From Eledone cirrhosa (Eukaryota): 64,000 bases of DNA. The stretch covers positions 11,842,001 through 11,906,000 of the forward strand of contig OZ024749.1 in the NCBI GenBank assembly GCA_964016885.1, written 5' to 3'. Shown here piece after piece: positions 1 through 12,859 of the stretch; the first letter of the stretch is position 1, and each line of letters begins with the position of its first letter. Below the pieces are notes generated by a model. That model was not told the DNA's origin and did no database searches. It saw only the letters and a program-made list of their open reading frames with translations. A program made the translations under genes and the position numbers.

Positions 1-574
1 ATCACAATAAATTAACGGAGCCATAGACACCTGCTATTCCCTGTCAATAATTTGCTCAAAGGAAAAGGAATCCCGAGCTCTTTAAAATACAATATGTTGA
101 AAAGGTAACTCACTAGAGAGAGATAGTGTGCCATCCCTGTTTTATTGATGGCGCACTATCTCTCTCTAGTGTGTTACCTTTTCAACATATTGTATATACA
201 TATATATACATCATCATCATTTTACGTCCACTTTTCCCTGCTTGCAAGGGTGGGACGGGTCTTATTCAGCACAGCATCTCTCCACTCGTCACGGTCCCTA
301 TACATATATTTCCTAAAACTGTATTTCTTTTGAGATACAAAATTCTTATACATACATATATACATATAGATATCAGGCGTGCGTATGTGCATGCGTGTAT
401 TTTGTTTTTCTTTGTGTACGTGCTTATATTTGCATACCCATTGCGGGTGTTTTCGCGTATGCTTGTGTATGTACGTATATGGATGCGTGTATGTATATAT
501 TGAATTTCAATTACCTCTGTAATATATTTACTTTATTCTTAACTCTGAAGCCGAGAATCATTCGGTTTCCTAAA

Positions 575-830
575 TAGAATTTTAGTCTATGACTTCAGTT
601 ATACCATATATGTGGTTTTGCCTTTGCATGTAATTGTTTTCACCGCTCCAATTAATGACGTATTATCTTCGTTTTTATCCGTTCTTTGCCAGGGAATGTT
701 TCCACGACGGTTGCAACGTTTTTTGAAATATTTACTTCTGCATTCACAGATTGATTTTGTTAGTTTCAGAAGATCCCGTTAAGGGTGAAAGCAGCGATTC
801 TTTGCTTAAACTTTAATCTGTTATTTTAAT
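575..830 (+). repeat. Interspersed repeat (probable PLE terminus), second copy at 39745-40090
   Basis: High similarity between copies; ends in a hammerhead-like motif followed by TA. Confidence 0.75.
762..812 (+). ncRNA. Hammerhead-like motif with CAGAAGA (U4A) core
   Basis: AGTTT-CAGAAGA-t-CCC gttaa GGG-t-GAAA-GCA...TGC-TT-AAACT; same motif at 40021. Confidence 0.65.
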
Positions 831-1244
831 AAATATATATGTATATGTATACATACACACTCCCTCTGCCCTACCCCTTCCCACCCTCCTCCATCCACAT
901 GCACACACAGACTTACACTCCACCCCATGTTTTCTTAAAACCCAAGCATGGAACTTCGTTCTCCCCCAAACTCTAACACTCACATCCACGCACACACACA
1001 CACCTACACACACACCCCCACCTTTCGCCCTCCCTGCTCAGACCCCCAATTTCCTTCTCCCCTCTCCGTCCCCCTCCATCCACCCACCCACCCACCACCA
1101 TCTCTACACGCCTCACACCCTTTCACCACTTGTTTTCAACTCATTGTCCCACTCATGTTATTTTCATTTTAATTTTTTTCCTGTTATTTTAATGTTTTTC
1201 CACCATTGCTCCCTCAAATCCTCTCGGAATTCCTCTTTCCCACC

Positions 1245-1280
1245 ATTCTCCTGATGAAGAGCTTATGCCCGAAACGTTGT
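1245..1280 (+). ncRNA. Degenerate hammerhead core in a probable PLE 3' UTR remnant (~860-1380)
   Basis: CTGATGAagagcttatgcccGAAAcgt; stem I partner not evident. Confidence 0.45.
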
Positions 1281-1985
1281 TCCCCACCCCCAATCTCAAG
1301 CGTGAACCTAATACCTAACACATTTTGTAACTGTACTCCTTGATGTTGTTATTTACTTTTCCAATATATATATATTCTCATATTTACACATATTTTTTCC
1401 CCCACTGTGACCCGTCTATTTCGTTCTTACTGCTTCCTCTTTCTCTGTATCTTTACCCACTCTAACAGTCACTCTCTCTCTGTTAGCCTCTTCCTCACCC
1501 TTCACTCACTCATTCTTTGTTACTACCTCTCCTCCTCCTTCCCGTTTGACCTGTGTGTAATTCTTTTCTTTCGCACCCTTGGTCAGGCTGGTTCGCCTTT
1601 TTTCTCTCTCTCGTCTACGATTTCACAGAACTTACGTTCACCGAAATCACAGACTAGATCCCTTCTTCCTCCCGTTAGACCTGTGCGAAATTCCTTCCTT
1701 GCTTACATTCCAACCAGGTTTGATGGTCTTTATTCTCTCTCGTTCACGATTTCACCGAACTTATATTCATGGAAATTTTGGACTTGACTCGTTCTTCCTC
1801 ACTTTTCGTTGCTTCGCCATCTTTGTTTGTTTACACTCTCGTGTCCCCTTTATTTACGTGTCGCAACGACTTTTTTTAGCCGTTGCTCGCACCAACCGGA
1901 GGTATATGGTCTTTAAAGCGATGAAATACCAATGATGGTTGGAAGATCACTGATGAAGGACTAACTTTATTCATATATATATATA

Positions 1986-2383
1986 TACGAGGGTAATCCC
2001 AAAAGTAAGGTCTCCAAAGCGATGGGGACGTAGAGAAACTGTTCGTAAGTCTGTTGGCAACACTGTTGTGATTGGTGCTTCCTTCACTCCCAAACAAGCA
2101 TGCGCGCGCTTCGCTGGGATGCTCAATCTTGGCTTGGCAGCTGTTGAGAATGGAGCTCCCGTTGAACGCTACAGCCAAGTGCGAATTTCGCGCAGTTATT
2201 ATATACGAGGGAAATCCCAAAAGTAAGGTCTCCTTCCGAGGAAAACATGCGTAAAGATCGGCGGATCACTCTGGATGCTCTCTGTATTTTGGTTCCTGAG
2301 GTGTTCCGAAGCACCATTCACAGGATTTTAACGGAAAAGTTGCAATATCGGAAGGAGACCTTACTTTTGGGATTGTCCTCGTA
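1986..2383 (+). mobile_element. Internally deleted mariner with duplicated left TIR
   Basis: TA-CGAGGGTAATCCCAAAAGTAAGGTCTCC at 1986, near copy at 2204, inverted copy 2354-2383; transposase remnants CEFRAVI and DRRITLDAL...STIHRILTEKL. Confidence 0.85.
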
Positions 2384-2455
2384 TATGTGTATGTATATAT
2401 ATATAAATATATATAATTATACCCGTTTATACGTAAACGTTTTTTTTTCCTGTAG

Positions 2456-2547
2456 GTAATGCAGCCCATGAAGCCAAAATACATAAACTGACCTACAAAA
2501 GAAACCCCATGAATACAGGAGGCCAAACAAAACTGACATTTGAGTAA
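2456..2547 (+). CDS. Possible terminal coding exon of an upstream gene ([30 protein letters not shown])
   Basis: Strong acceptor tttttttttcctgtag, 30 codons ending in TAA, AT-rich downstream region with AATAAA at ~2740; no other exon seen. Confidence 0.4.
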
Positions 2548-2756
2548 ACTTCTTCGACCCTAACCCCACAAAAAACAAAAAAAAAGTATCATTTTTGTAT
2601 AAAGATATTTTTGAATACCTCATTACTTTTGCACAAGTTATTTATTAATTACTTTTTGATAAAGTTTGCAGAATATACTTAGTTTGAAAATTGCTTTTTT
2701 TAAAGTTAAATAATTCTGAGTGGAATTGAAACTGATAAATAAATAAAATAAAAAGA

Positions 2757-3430
2757 ATATTATATAAAGTTGTAGTTCCTGTCTGTTTGTTCACGAACTC
2801 CTATGGTTTTGGAGATAGACCCCCATAACTTTAAATTTATTTACGTTTATAATAACATATATAATGACACAATGCTTACAGGAAAGTCATAAAATCACTT
2901 ATATCAACACAAGTGGATAAGTTCCTTCAGAATGAAAATATAAACAGAGCATATAAATAAATTTACAGTAGAATAACATAACAAATATGTTTTAAATATA
3001 TACATAAATAACATTCTAAAACTACATTGCCCAGGGTACTTGGATAAGTATATTTCATTTTAATCAAAGGGTTTCCCTGTGGGGGCACAAACCACTGCTG
3101 AACATTTTTACCCTCCGATTTCTATGAAATTTAAACCATAGGTAAATGACAAGATATGATGCCTATTCACAAAATTTCAATAATATTAAGACACCCTAAT
3201 GGGGGTTCTATTTTTTTCCTTATAGCAACACTCAACTTCTCTGACAAACATTTTTTCACCTGACCAATGCAATCAACAATATTTGTTTGTATTATTGTTT
3301 CGTGAATGAATTTATCTTATCATTATCTGTCCTATATTTTGATTTCATTTTTGGTCAGAGACACATTGGGCATTTTAATGGGAACTGGGGATACCCCTGC
3401 TCCCGGGTATTACAGGGTACCTCAGCTAGT
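2757..3430 (+). mobile_element. Probable non-autonomous Helitron
   Basis: 3' end cccgggtattacagggtacctcagCTAGT; 5' tattatataaag followed by ctgtctgtttgt. Confidence 0.5.
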
Positions 3431-3442
3431 ATATATATATAT

Positions 3443-4045
3443 ATCATCATCATCATTTTACGTCCGCTTTTTCCTGTTTGCAAGGGTGGGATGGGTCCTA
3501 ATCAGCACAGCCTCTCTCCACCGTAAGCTTCAGCGATCTGAGGTCTGCTCTCACCACCTCCGCCCACGTCTTCCTTCAACTGGCATTTCCTGGCACTTCT
3601 TCACCCATCGATCACCCTCCATGCACATCACATGTCCATACCATCGCAGTCTCCTCTCTCGCACACTACAATCTATCCTCTCAGACACAGTTTCTCTCTC
3701 AACACATCCATGTGGTGGTATTTGTCTACGGTCTTTAATGACATGTATCTTAGCTTTATGGTGTGTTTTTGTGGTCCCGGGTGGAATCATTTTCTCAGAA
3801 AGTCATTTCTCTGTCTCATGTCAGACTAACGAAGCCGTTTTGTTTGTCCATAGATATTCCAGATCCCTCTTATTCCTAATTTCTCACTTAGTTCGTTTAT
3901 GTTTTGCCGTTCACGTATATTACTATTACACATGCATGCTTCGTTCCTTTCCAATCTGTGCAGCTCCTCTGCACACAATGCCCATGTCTCCTGGGAGGGT
4001 CGTGGAAGCAGACTCCTCAAACACTTCTGCCAGCGGGTCCAAGAG
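3443..4045 (-). mobile_element. RTE 3' fragment, second RTE family
   Basis: SQETWALCAEELHRLERNEA, ERRLRWYGHV...GRRGR, (GAT)n tail; tail-only copy at ~208-300. Confidence 0.8.
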
Positions 4046-4309
4046 TTATTTTATGGATATCTATATATACATATAGATATATATGTAAATAGATATATAG
4101 ATGTTGTTATATTTGGGGAGGGTCATATTTGCGTAATATTGCCAGAATTAATAACAGAACACACTCACTGTTTGGTTGGTTTTCGCTTCTCGCTGTCTTT
4201 TATATATATATATCTGCGATCTAACTTACTCGGTCCTCAATGTTGCCATTGACTGACCGGCGGTCAAAAATAATACAGATACAATATAGACAAACACATA
4301 TATATATAG

Positions 4310-4357
4310 TTTACATAAATCTTTCGTTGCACATCTGCAACATCGTCAGTGGTGTTA
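4310..4357 (-). ncRNA. Hammerhead ribozyme core in PLE 3' UTR
   Basis: CTGACGA t GTTGCA gatg TGCAAC GAAA; stem I 3' arm unclear because it runs into a TA tract. Confidence 0.7.
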
Positions 4358-4625
4358 TATTCATTGTTCCTCCTGTTGTGTTGTATGTCTACGCCATTTT
4401 TTTTGTTCAGTCTGTCTATATATTTATTTATTTATTTATTTGCTTGTTTGTTTATCTTATTTTATTTTGTCTTCTTTGCGCATGCGTTTGCGTGTGTGTA
4501 TAGTGTTATGTGTGATGTGTGACTAGTGTGTATAGTGTTGTGTCTGCTGGGTGACTAGTGTGTGTTTATGTGCTTGTGTATGTATTTATTTATCTTATTT
4601 TATTTTATTTAATTTACTTATTTAT

Positions 4626-7442
4626 TTATACTTCTCTTAGGTCAGTGTTGTTTGTTTGGGTGTTGTTTGTTTGGGTGTTGTTGTTGTTCCACTCATTCTT
4701 TCTGTTTAGCTTTGGTCTTCTAATTTCTATTTCACTGGCCTCTCTGATTTGCCTATCTGCTGGGTCATTCCTATGTTTAGATATTATTCTAATTTCTATG
4801 TTGTCTATGTTACCGTCATGATGTTGTCTAGCATGTTCGTATAGTACTGACCCGTTTTTTCGTCCTTTTAGTTCCCCCCAGTGTTGGTCTATCCTTTCAC
4901 CTATGCTACGAGCTGTCTCACCTATGTATGTTGTTGTCGTGTTTCTGCAAGTACCCTCTGTACATCTTATGCTATAGACTACGTTTCTAGTTTTACAGTT
5001 TATCCGGGGGTTCACCTTACATATGATACATTTCCTATTGGTACAGTGGGTTTTCTTAAAAGGGTAGGTTTTGCTGATCAGGGATTTTATGGTGGTTCCT
5101 GGCTTTTCTACCACCTTTATTTTTAAGTGGGTCTTTCTCAGGGCCTTTCTACACTGGTTAGCTAATTTCCCTCCAGGGGTGGCGTCCACAAACATGACAC
5201 TCTGATATCTCTGGTTGTCGTACCATGATGTGGCCTTCCCTATCTTATGTCTAGCCCTATCTAAGCTATTCCATGATTTGCTCCTGTATAGTGGGCAAAT
5301 TCCTTTCATGTCCAGTTCTATGAGGGTCTTATACTTTTCCATGGCTCCTTCGTATACTCTGACTCTGTCTCTTTGGTTGTAGCCAGAGAACTGCATGCGG
5401 TTGATGAAGTGTTGGATGTGTCCTTCCATTTCTGTTGGGTCGCACATGCTGGACACATTCTTCATCACTCGTACCAAATCTGCGATCAGAATATTAAACT
5501 TAGCACTACTGGACATTGCTGAGTTTTTGAGTATCAGGTATTTGGAGGCCATGGGTTTAGCATAGTGTGAGTGGAGAATTTGGGCTCTCTCGTCTATAGT
5601 GTTAATCCAGAGTTCTGTGTCTAATACAGGTAGTCTATTGTTAGGGTGTTTGGAAGGGAAGTCTATAGTTACAGTTATACTCTGGTGTATGGAATTAGCT
5701 ATCTGCTGGATGCTTTCCATCGTGCTACGTTCTAAATCAAACTTGTTAGTGCTCTCTAGTGGGGGTGTTCTTATAACTATATTGATATCGTCTACATAAC
5801 GAGAGTACATGATGAGGTCTATGGAGCTTTCATTAAGGAGATCTTTAAGTCTCCTTTCCCACCATACCATGAAAAGGTTGGCAACATCGCCAGCTATGCT
5901 GACGCCGATGGCTGCTCCCTCATTTTGGGTGTAGATTTTCTCATTGAACTTAAATATGTGGCCCTTTAGGGTAGTTTTGATACTAGCCCCTATTGCATGT
6001 GCGACCATTTTTCTTACCTGATCAGTGTTTTGGGGGGTCCGTATAGCTTTGGTCCACCCAATCCACCTTCCTATGGGAGTCTTTTTAGCCATTGAGGTTA
6101 TGGTGGGGGGTCTACCTCTTATAGGTCTACTAGGGCAGAAACATCTAAGGTCATGGCTGTCTAGGTAGTCAGTGTCGTAGGTAAGTCTAAGTAGGAGGCC
6201 CAGTTCGTCTGTGTCGACGTCGCAGAACTCCACCTCACTCTCAATGATCATCTCCACACATCTTTTCACAGCAAAATCAATGTTAATGGATGGGTACAGT
6301 GACACCACATCCATGCTGCCTATTATGCAGTTGGATAGGCTCCTGTTTTTGTTGCACTCACTGATTCTGCTGAGGAGGTCCTCTGTACTTTCACATACAT
6401 CTGGGGACATCTTGATTATGGGGCGTATAACCATTGAGAGGAAGTAGGAGATCCTGTAGTTGCTAGCTATATTAGCTCCGCATACAGGTCTTGTTGGTGG
6501 TCCTATTGTCGGGTCGTCGACTGTCTTGTGGTCTTTGCGGAGCCCATACAAGGGTGGTATGCCATTGTTAGACGCCTGGAAGTTGTTGGCAGTGCGTCTG
6601 CTTGGCTTTAGGATGTCAGTCCACATCATCATGTGAGCGTTGAGGATTTTTTCTCTCCCATCGTGTGTTAGTTGTGCAACTTCGCTCGTGTTGGTGATGT
6701 GGGGTTGCATTGCCTCGATGTAGTTCGGCATGCTATCTATTGACATCCTACCAGACTTATCTGTGGGTAGACACACTACCTCACCATCCCTTGTGCGCTG
6801 CTTGAGGCTAACCAAGCCTTCTACAGGTTTTATCCCAAGTTGTTGGGCCTCTGGTCTGCTCTGTCTCATAGTGTACCTGTCTACTACTTGTCTAATCTTA
6901 TTTCTAGCTATGGTGAACTGTGCCTCCGTCTCGTCATCTATTTGTTGTGGTATGCAAACTCTTTTATTAAAGGGTAACCTCGTAGGATAGATATTACCCA
7001 TCTTATATGTTTTGTCAGCTGGGTTGAAAAATAGTTTCTCTAAGGGGTTGTCGTTATTTCTATCGTCATAGTTGTGTGTGTTGCTATTATTGTTATCATG
7101 GTGGTTGTTGTTGTTTCTATCCTTAGCATTAATATTATTATTGTTATGATTGCTAGATGTATTGTTGTTTACTTCACCGTTATTGTTGTTGTTGTTACTG
7201 CTATTTCTACCATTGTGGTTGTTACTATTATTATGTTTCTTGTTTTTGTTGATGTTGCTACATGTACTATTTCCATTATTACCACTGTGGTTATTGTTGT
7301 TGTTGTTGTTCGTATTGTTACCGTTATTACTACTGTGGTCACTGTTGCTGTGTCTGTGGTTAACGTTTCTATTATTATTATTATTGTGGTTGTTGTTGTT
7401 CTGTCTATCGCTAGTATTATTACCATTATCACTATTTCTCAT
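4626..7442 (-). CDS. PLE polyprotein: Asn-rich segment, reverse transcriptase, C-terminal GIY-YIG endonuclease
   Basis: Uninterrupted 938 aa; RT motifs SMDVVSLYP, EGAAIG, YSRYVDD, LPVLD; CxxxxCxxC linker; NVVYSIRC...YIGETAR...EH...RQIREA...LN. Confidence 0.93.
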   Translation of the reverse strand: MRNSDNGNNTSDRQNNNNHNNNNNRNVNHRHSNSDHSSNNGNNTNNNNNNNHSGNNGNSTCSNINKNKKHNNSNNHNGRNSSNNNNNNGEVNNNTSSNHNNNNINAKDRNNNNHHDNNNSNTHNYDDRNNDNPLEKLFFNPADKTYKMGNIYPTRLPFNKRVCIPQQIDDETEAQFTIARNKIRQVVDRYTMRQSRPEAQQLGIKPVEGLVSLKQRTRDGEVVCLPTDKSGRMSIDSMPNYIEAMQPHITNTSEVAQLTHDGREKILNAHMMMWTDILKPSRRTANNFQASNNGIPPLYGLRKDHKTVDDPTIGPPTRPVCGANIASNYRISYFLSMVIRPIIKMSPDVCESTEDLLSRISECNKNRSLSNCIIGSMDVVSLYPSINIDFAVKRCVEMIIESEVEFCDVDTDELGLLLRLTYDTDYLDSHDLRCFCPSRPIRGRPPTITSMAKKTPIGRWIGWTKAIRTPQNTDQVRKMVAHAIGASIKTTLKGHIFKFNEKIYTQNEGAAIGVSIAGDVANLFMVWWERRLKDLLNESSIDLIMYSRYVDDINIVIRTPPLESTNKFDLERSTMESIQQIANSIHQSITVTIDFPSKHPNNRLPVLDTELWINTIDERAQILHSHYAKPMASKYLILKNSAMSSSAKFNILIADLVRVMKNVSSMCDPTEMEGHIQHFINRMQFSGYNQRDRVRVYEGAMEKYKTLIELDMKGICPLYRSKSWNSLDRARHKIGKATSWYDNQRYQSVMFVDATPGGKLANQCRKALRKTHLKIKVVEKPGTTIKSLISKTYPFKKTHCTNRKCIICKVNPRINCKTRNVVYSIRCTEGTCRNTTTTYIGETARSIGERIDQHWGELKGRKNGSVLYEHARQHHDGNIDNIEIRIISKHRNDPADRQIREASEIEIRRPKLNRKNEWNNNNTQTNNTQTNNTDLREV

Positions 7443-10400
7443 ATAGATATATAGATGTGTGCGTGTATATATATAAATAAATTGGTCTTAGATAATTGTT
7501 GCTAAATATCTAAAAGTGATGTAAATTGATTTCAGTTTTTAAAGCACTTTAACCCTCGGCATGTTCGTTCTACTGGGGGGGGGGGGGGTGCGTCACATTT
7601 GAGGTTTGTCAGGTGTTTTAATAAAAGGGTCGGCAGTCTGGTTAATCACCAACACTACCCCTCCACACACAATAACATCTATATTTATATATAAACTAGT
7701 CTTAAATAATCAGGTGGATCAGGCCATTATAACGTGGAATCTTAGTTTATGTTGATGTATTCTGGGTTAACAACTTATTTTTAGTTCCCTTCATAATATC
7801 GTCATTAGAGGTATGTGGGTTCAATTCCTGGACTGGGTTGTGTTCTTGAGAAAACATTTTATTTCACGATGCTCCAGTATACTCAGCTGTAGCTGGGGGT
7901 TTAACCCTGCGATGAACTAGCGCCCGGTCCAGGGGGTAGTCTTATATTCTTAGATGTTTCATGCCATGGAAACCGGGGTAAGGACCAGCGTGATGAGCCT
8001 CCGAGCTTGGGACAGACTTTAGATATCATCAACCATTTGAACAGCCTTTTTTTTTTCAGACACCACCCCTCGGGGTACCGTATTTCTAATGGAATACACA
8101 GCCTATGTGCCTCAATATTGGAAATATTGAATAATTTAATGATTTCTACTTTAGGTACAAGGCTAATAATTTGGGGTGTGGGGGAAGTCGATTAAATGAA
8201 CCTCAGTACATTACTGGTACTTTATTTATCGACCACATAAGGATGAAAGGCAAAGCTAACCGGCGAGATTTGAATTCAGACTGCAAAGGGCCGTAACTCT
8301 GTGCTGTAAATCATATTGTCCGACGCTCTACCGATTACTGCCAATCCACCGCCGTGAAGGAATTTAATAATAAAACCACCTGGCTATCGTTAACCTGTTG
8401 TGTGTGGGTCACTTAATCTGGATGGAGATCACCTTTGTTGTTCTTCCTCTACCAGATCCAGCTGGAATTCCTCTGCTATTGTCTTTAGTACTTTGGTCCT
8501 GTTCCACCCAGTTACTCAGAGATATTTCATGAGATTGTAGGCAGATATTTCTCCCAACCCTCTCCCTCCAGCCTGTGGGGTGAGGACTGTGACAGGGAAA
8601 CCTACTTTTTAAAGAACTTTCTCTCTCCTGTATGTCTGTCATTCTCGTAATCATAGCTGTTAACAGATAGGTATCGATTAACGGCATGACAACCTTCCCG
8701 CTCCGTAAGGCTAGGATGTCATACGTTGTGACAATTTCTCAAGTGACAACATTGTGTATTCAGTGACCAGCCCAGTGTGCCCGTGAGGCGCAGTGGCTGT
8801 TTCAGTATGTCTCCCTTGCCTTCCTCCCTAGCTCCAGAACCACAAGACCCTTAAGTTTCATCTATGGTGGGGGCATGTAGAATATATTCATTTAAACACT
8901 ATTGTTATTTTAATAAAAAATGAAAAACCTATGTGTTTGTTATTTATTCACAAAAAATGAAAACCTATGTGTTTTAGTCACAAAATTAATTAAAAAAATG
9001 AAGCAAAATTAATGTTGAAAATAAACAACAAAATGCATGGATTTAATAATAAAATTCAACATATTTCTTTTTTATCCACAAATATATTTAGTATATTTTG
9101 TTTTCAAACTCTTCCTAGTTTTCCCTGTAGCATCTCTGTTATCTTTAGCAAATCTTTCGGTGTATTTAAATGTTTCTTTCAAGATTGAGATCAAAGACCG
9201 TAAATTGTTGATTCAATTCTTCAGCAGTGCTAAATATTTTCTGAAACTGTAATCACCATTTAATATTGTTAATTAGTCGGCGATTGTCTTGTTGCCTTAA
9301 ACCCCACCTCCACATCCAAGGTGCTGTAGCATGGCCAGGATACTTGGTGAATATCGCGCTTGCGCATTCAACTCCATCCAAAACAAGAAAAAAAAAAATG
9401 GCCGTCAGTTTGTAGAATGTTACAAGCTTTACAGAAACTCTTGCTAAATGGTTTAACAATGGACAATAGCAGCTTTCTGAAAGGTAATGTAGATTTTTAT
9501 ATTACGTTGAGATATTTTTGTAAATCTTTCCCTCTTAGTCTCCTTCGTATGATCTACTATTTACACCTGCCTAGTTGTTCTCTTGTTAACGTATTCTTAA
9601 TTAAATACTCACTCACCTGTTTCAATACATTGCGAATATACAGTATTTTAAATTTATATTTTTTCTTAATAAATATGTATCTAGTGTAGTTTAAAAATTG
9701 TTCCTACTTCTTCCTGGGGTAGTCCTTTGTCTTTATCAAATCCTTCTGTCGACTAATTCTCCCTATCACTGCGTGGTTGTCTTCCTCTCAAGATCTAACT
9801 CACTAACAGCAATCGAACATGGTAGTTTCGATTGTTGACTTTTCCAAAAGCTGCCCACCGCTTGTAATCTTTCTGAGGTACACGCAATAAATCCAGCTGG
9901 TCACCATCTATGTTTTAAACCCTCTTTCTCCCATTTGACTCTCCCGTATTTAATTCTATACACCTGTTTTGTTTTCATCTTAACTGTGTGTGAAACTTCA
10001 GTAATTCTTCCCATAGTGGTGACACTGTTGGAACTTCCATTCCTGGATTGTGTTGTGTTCTTGAGAAAAACACTTAATTCCACTGAGTATCAGCAGTATC
10101 TTGGGGTTTAACCCTGCCATAGACTGGTGCCGTAACCATTTGTTCTGGTCTTATTAGCCCAAGAAGTGTTGATTATTTTGTCAGACACTGGACCATTTTT
10201 ACTTGTTGGTAATACATACACACTGGTTCTTTTCCACTACCTTGGTGTCCACTCTAATAGCTTACCTATTGTCTCTGATGAGACGAGGCCAGCCCATCTA
10301 TGTTTGCCTTTCTTTATGGTCTCGATTAAGTTCATTGCTGTTGAATCCAGGTTTGTTGCTCTTCCTTGTATGATTTGCTCCACTGTGCTTTACGGTGGTC

Positions 10401-11629
10401 TGGGCAGGTCTAGAATAGTCCCACTTAGCAATCGAACGAAGTACACACAATAAGTCCAGCTGTTTTATCTTCTTGTCTTGCTCCTCGTTAGAACGTACAT
10501 AAACCAAATTCAGACACCCGTGGTTAATATCCCGCTAAAACAATGATATATGTACGACACATACATATAAATATCTTTTATTGTTGTTTCATCAATAATA
10601 AATAAACTTCGTAAAATTCAATTCAATGTGTTTTTATTGACAAAAATGTATTAAAATACACGAGAAATATTGTTTAATTCTTCTCTTATGTTCTTTCTTT
10701 ACAGATGTCCAGCCACATAAGTGTTCTGTAGAATGAACTAAGTTTGTAATAAAACAGTTGTATCATACTTTATTGTGTTATTTATTTATTCCTAGTATGA
10801 AGGTAAAACATATTTTAAACAGCCTCATCAAGGTTTCGAATCCAACATTCGCTCCAAAAATGGTTGTCCAATAAACAATGTAGACGGTGTCTTCAATGGT
10901 TCGAATCTAAGGAAAGAAAAAAACAGTCGTCTAAGAACGTAGTTACATCAAGGGTTCTAAGTATCAAAAATGTAATAAGAACCTTCAAGTATTAAAGGTT
11001 CTAATCTAAGTAAGTCAAGAATGTAGTAAGAAGTATCAAGGGTTAGAAATCTAAGAGTCAAGTTTAGAATGTAGTAAGAAGAAATCTAAGGTTCGAATCC
11101 AACTGTCTTCCAAGAATGTAAAGTAACTTTCAAGGGTTCTAAGAATATAAGTTAAGAAGGTTCGAATCCAACTGTCATTCAAGAATGTAAGTAAAATTGT
11201 GGGTTCTAAGAATCTAAATAGTCTCCTTATATATATATATATAGAAACTAAGTTAAGGTTCAAATCCAATCTCATTTGCATATTAGATATGTAAATGAAA
11301 CTTCAAGAATGAACTTGAAACTCATTTGCATATTAGAAGAAATTTTGAAAAAGAATTCTCCACGGTGGTCGGGCCTTGCATCTATGTGCCGGCCCCGAAT
11401 AGTCCCAGGCCCAGTTAGCAATCGTACACAATTTTCTAATGAAAAATATATTCACACCTGAATTACTTCCATTTATGCCGTTTACATATATTATTTTGTC
11501 AACAAATAATTAAAAATATAGATACAAATGTGACTAATACGTACCTTGATGGACTCCGGGATTAAGGGTGTGGCCACAGGGAAGAGGTAAATTGTACCAT
11601 TGACAGAAGACCCCAGTTCTTGGGATGTT

Positions 11630-12850
11630 AAGAGACAGGCCTAACCTTTTATAAGCTGCCGTATGGAGGGACAGCTACCGCAATATATATCAGGGGCATT
11701 GTTATATTACATGTAACTGGGGCGACAGCTAACACTGTATAACAGTGATGTTAAAAGAGAAGCCCACCCATAGCTGTAACTGTGGGATGTAGAGAGGTGC
11801 AGCTAACCCAATATACTATATATGAGGGACGTTAAAAGAGAGAGACAAACAGGCCTAATATTAGATGTTACAGCTGATGTGTGGAGGGACAGCTACGGCA
11901 ATATACTCTATATCTGGGACGTTAAAAGACAAACACACCCTTATATTAGAAGGGACACCTACCACAATATACTGTATATCAGGTGTTAAAAGACAGACCC
12001 ATCTAGAGTTATAACTATAGACCGTATGGAGGGGTAGCTATTACAATATACTATATAACAGGGACGTTAAAAGACAGACACATCCTTACATTAAATGTAA
12101 TTGTGGGTTGTAAGTATAGACAGACCCAACATTATATTAGATATAACAGTGAGCCGTGTGGAGGGACAGCTACCACAATATACTGTATATCAGGGACGTT
12201 AAAATACAGGCCCATCTTTAGATGTAACTATAGACCGTATGGAAGGGTAGCTATTAAAATATACTGTATATCAGATGTAATTGTGGGATATACAGAGGGG
12301 CTGCTGCAACTGTATATCAGGGACATTAAAAGACAGGTTCACCTTTTTATAAGCTGCAACTGTGGGCCGTGTGGAGTGAGGGACAGATGTAATTATGGGT
12401 CGTATAAAGGGGAAGCTACCACAATACACTGTATATAAGACAGACCTAGCCTTACATTAGATGTAACAGCTGCCGTATAGAGGGACAGCTACCACAATAT
12501 ACTGTATATGAGGGACGTTAAAAGACAGACACATCCTTACATTAGATGTAACAGCTGCCGTATTAAGAGACAGCTACCACAATATACTGTATATCAGGGA
12601 CGTTAAAAGACAGACACATCCTTACATTAGATGTAACAGCTGCCGTATTAAGAGACAGCTACCACAATATACTGTATATCAGGGACGTTAAAAGACAGAC
12701 ACATCCTTACATTAGATGTAACAGCTGCCGTATTAAGAGACAGCTACCACAATATACTGTATATGAGGGACGTTAAAAGACAGACACATCCTTACATTAG
12801 ATGTAACAGCTACCACAATATACTGTATATGAGGGACATTAAAAGACAGG
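11630..12850. repeat. 85-bp minisatellite, homogeneous at the right end and degenerate leftwards
   Basis: attagatgta recurs at 12541, 12626 and 12711. Confidence 0.9.
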
Positions 12851-12859
12851 CCCATTCTT

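Larger units (their letters stand above)
4310..7442 (-). mobile_element. Penelope-like retroelement (PLE) with 3' UTR hammerhead, probably 5' truncated
   Basis: RT+GIY-YIG ORF followed by ~300 nt 3' UTR containing CTGACGA-stem-GAAA; TA runs on both sides. Confidence 0.93.

Noticed and set aside
7074-7454. Hydrophobic Val/Leu/Ile-rich ORFs
   Set aside because: Antisense shadows of the Asn-rich PLE segment
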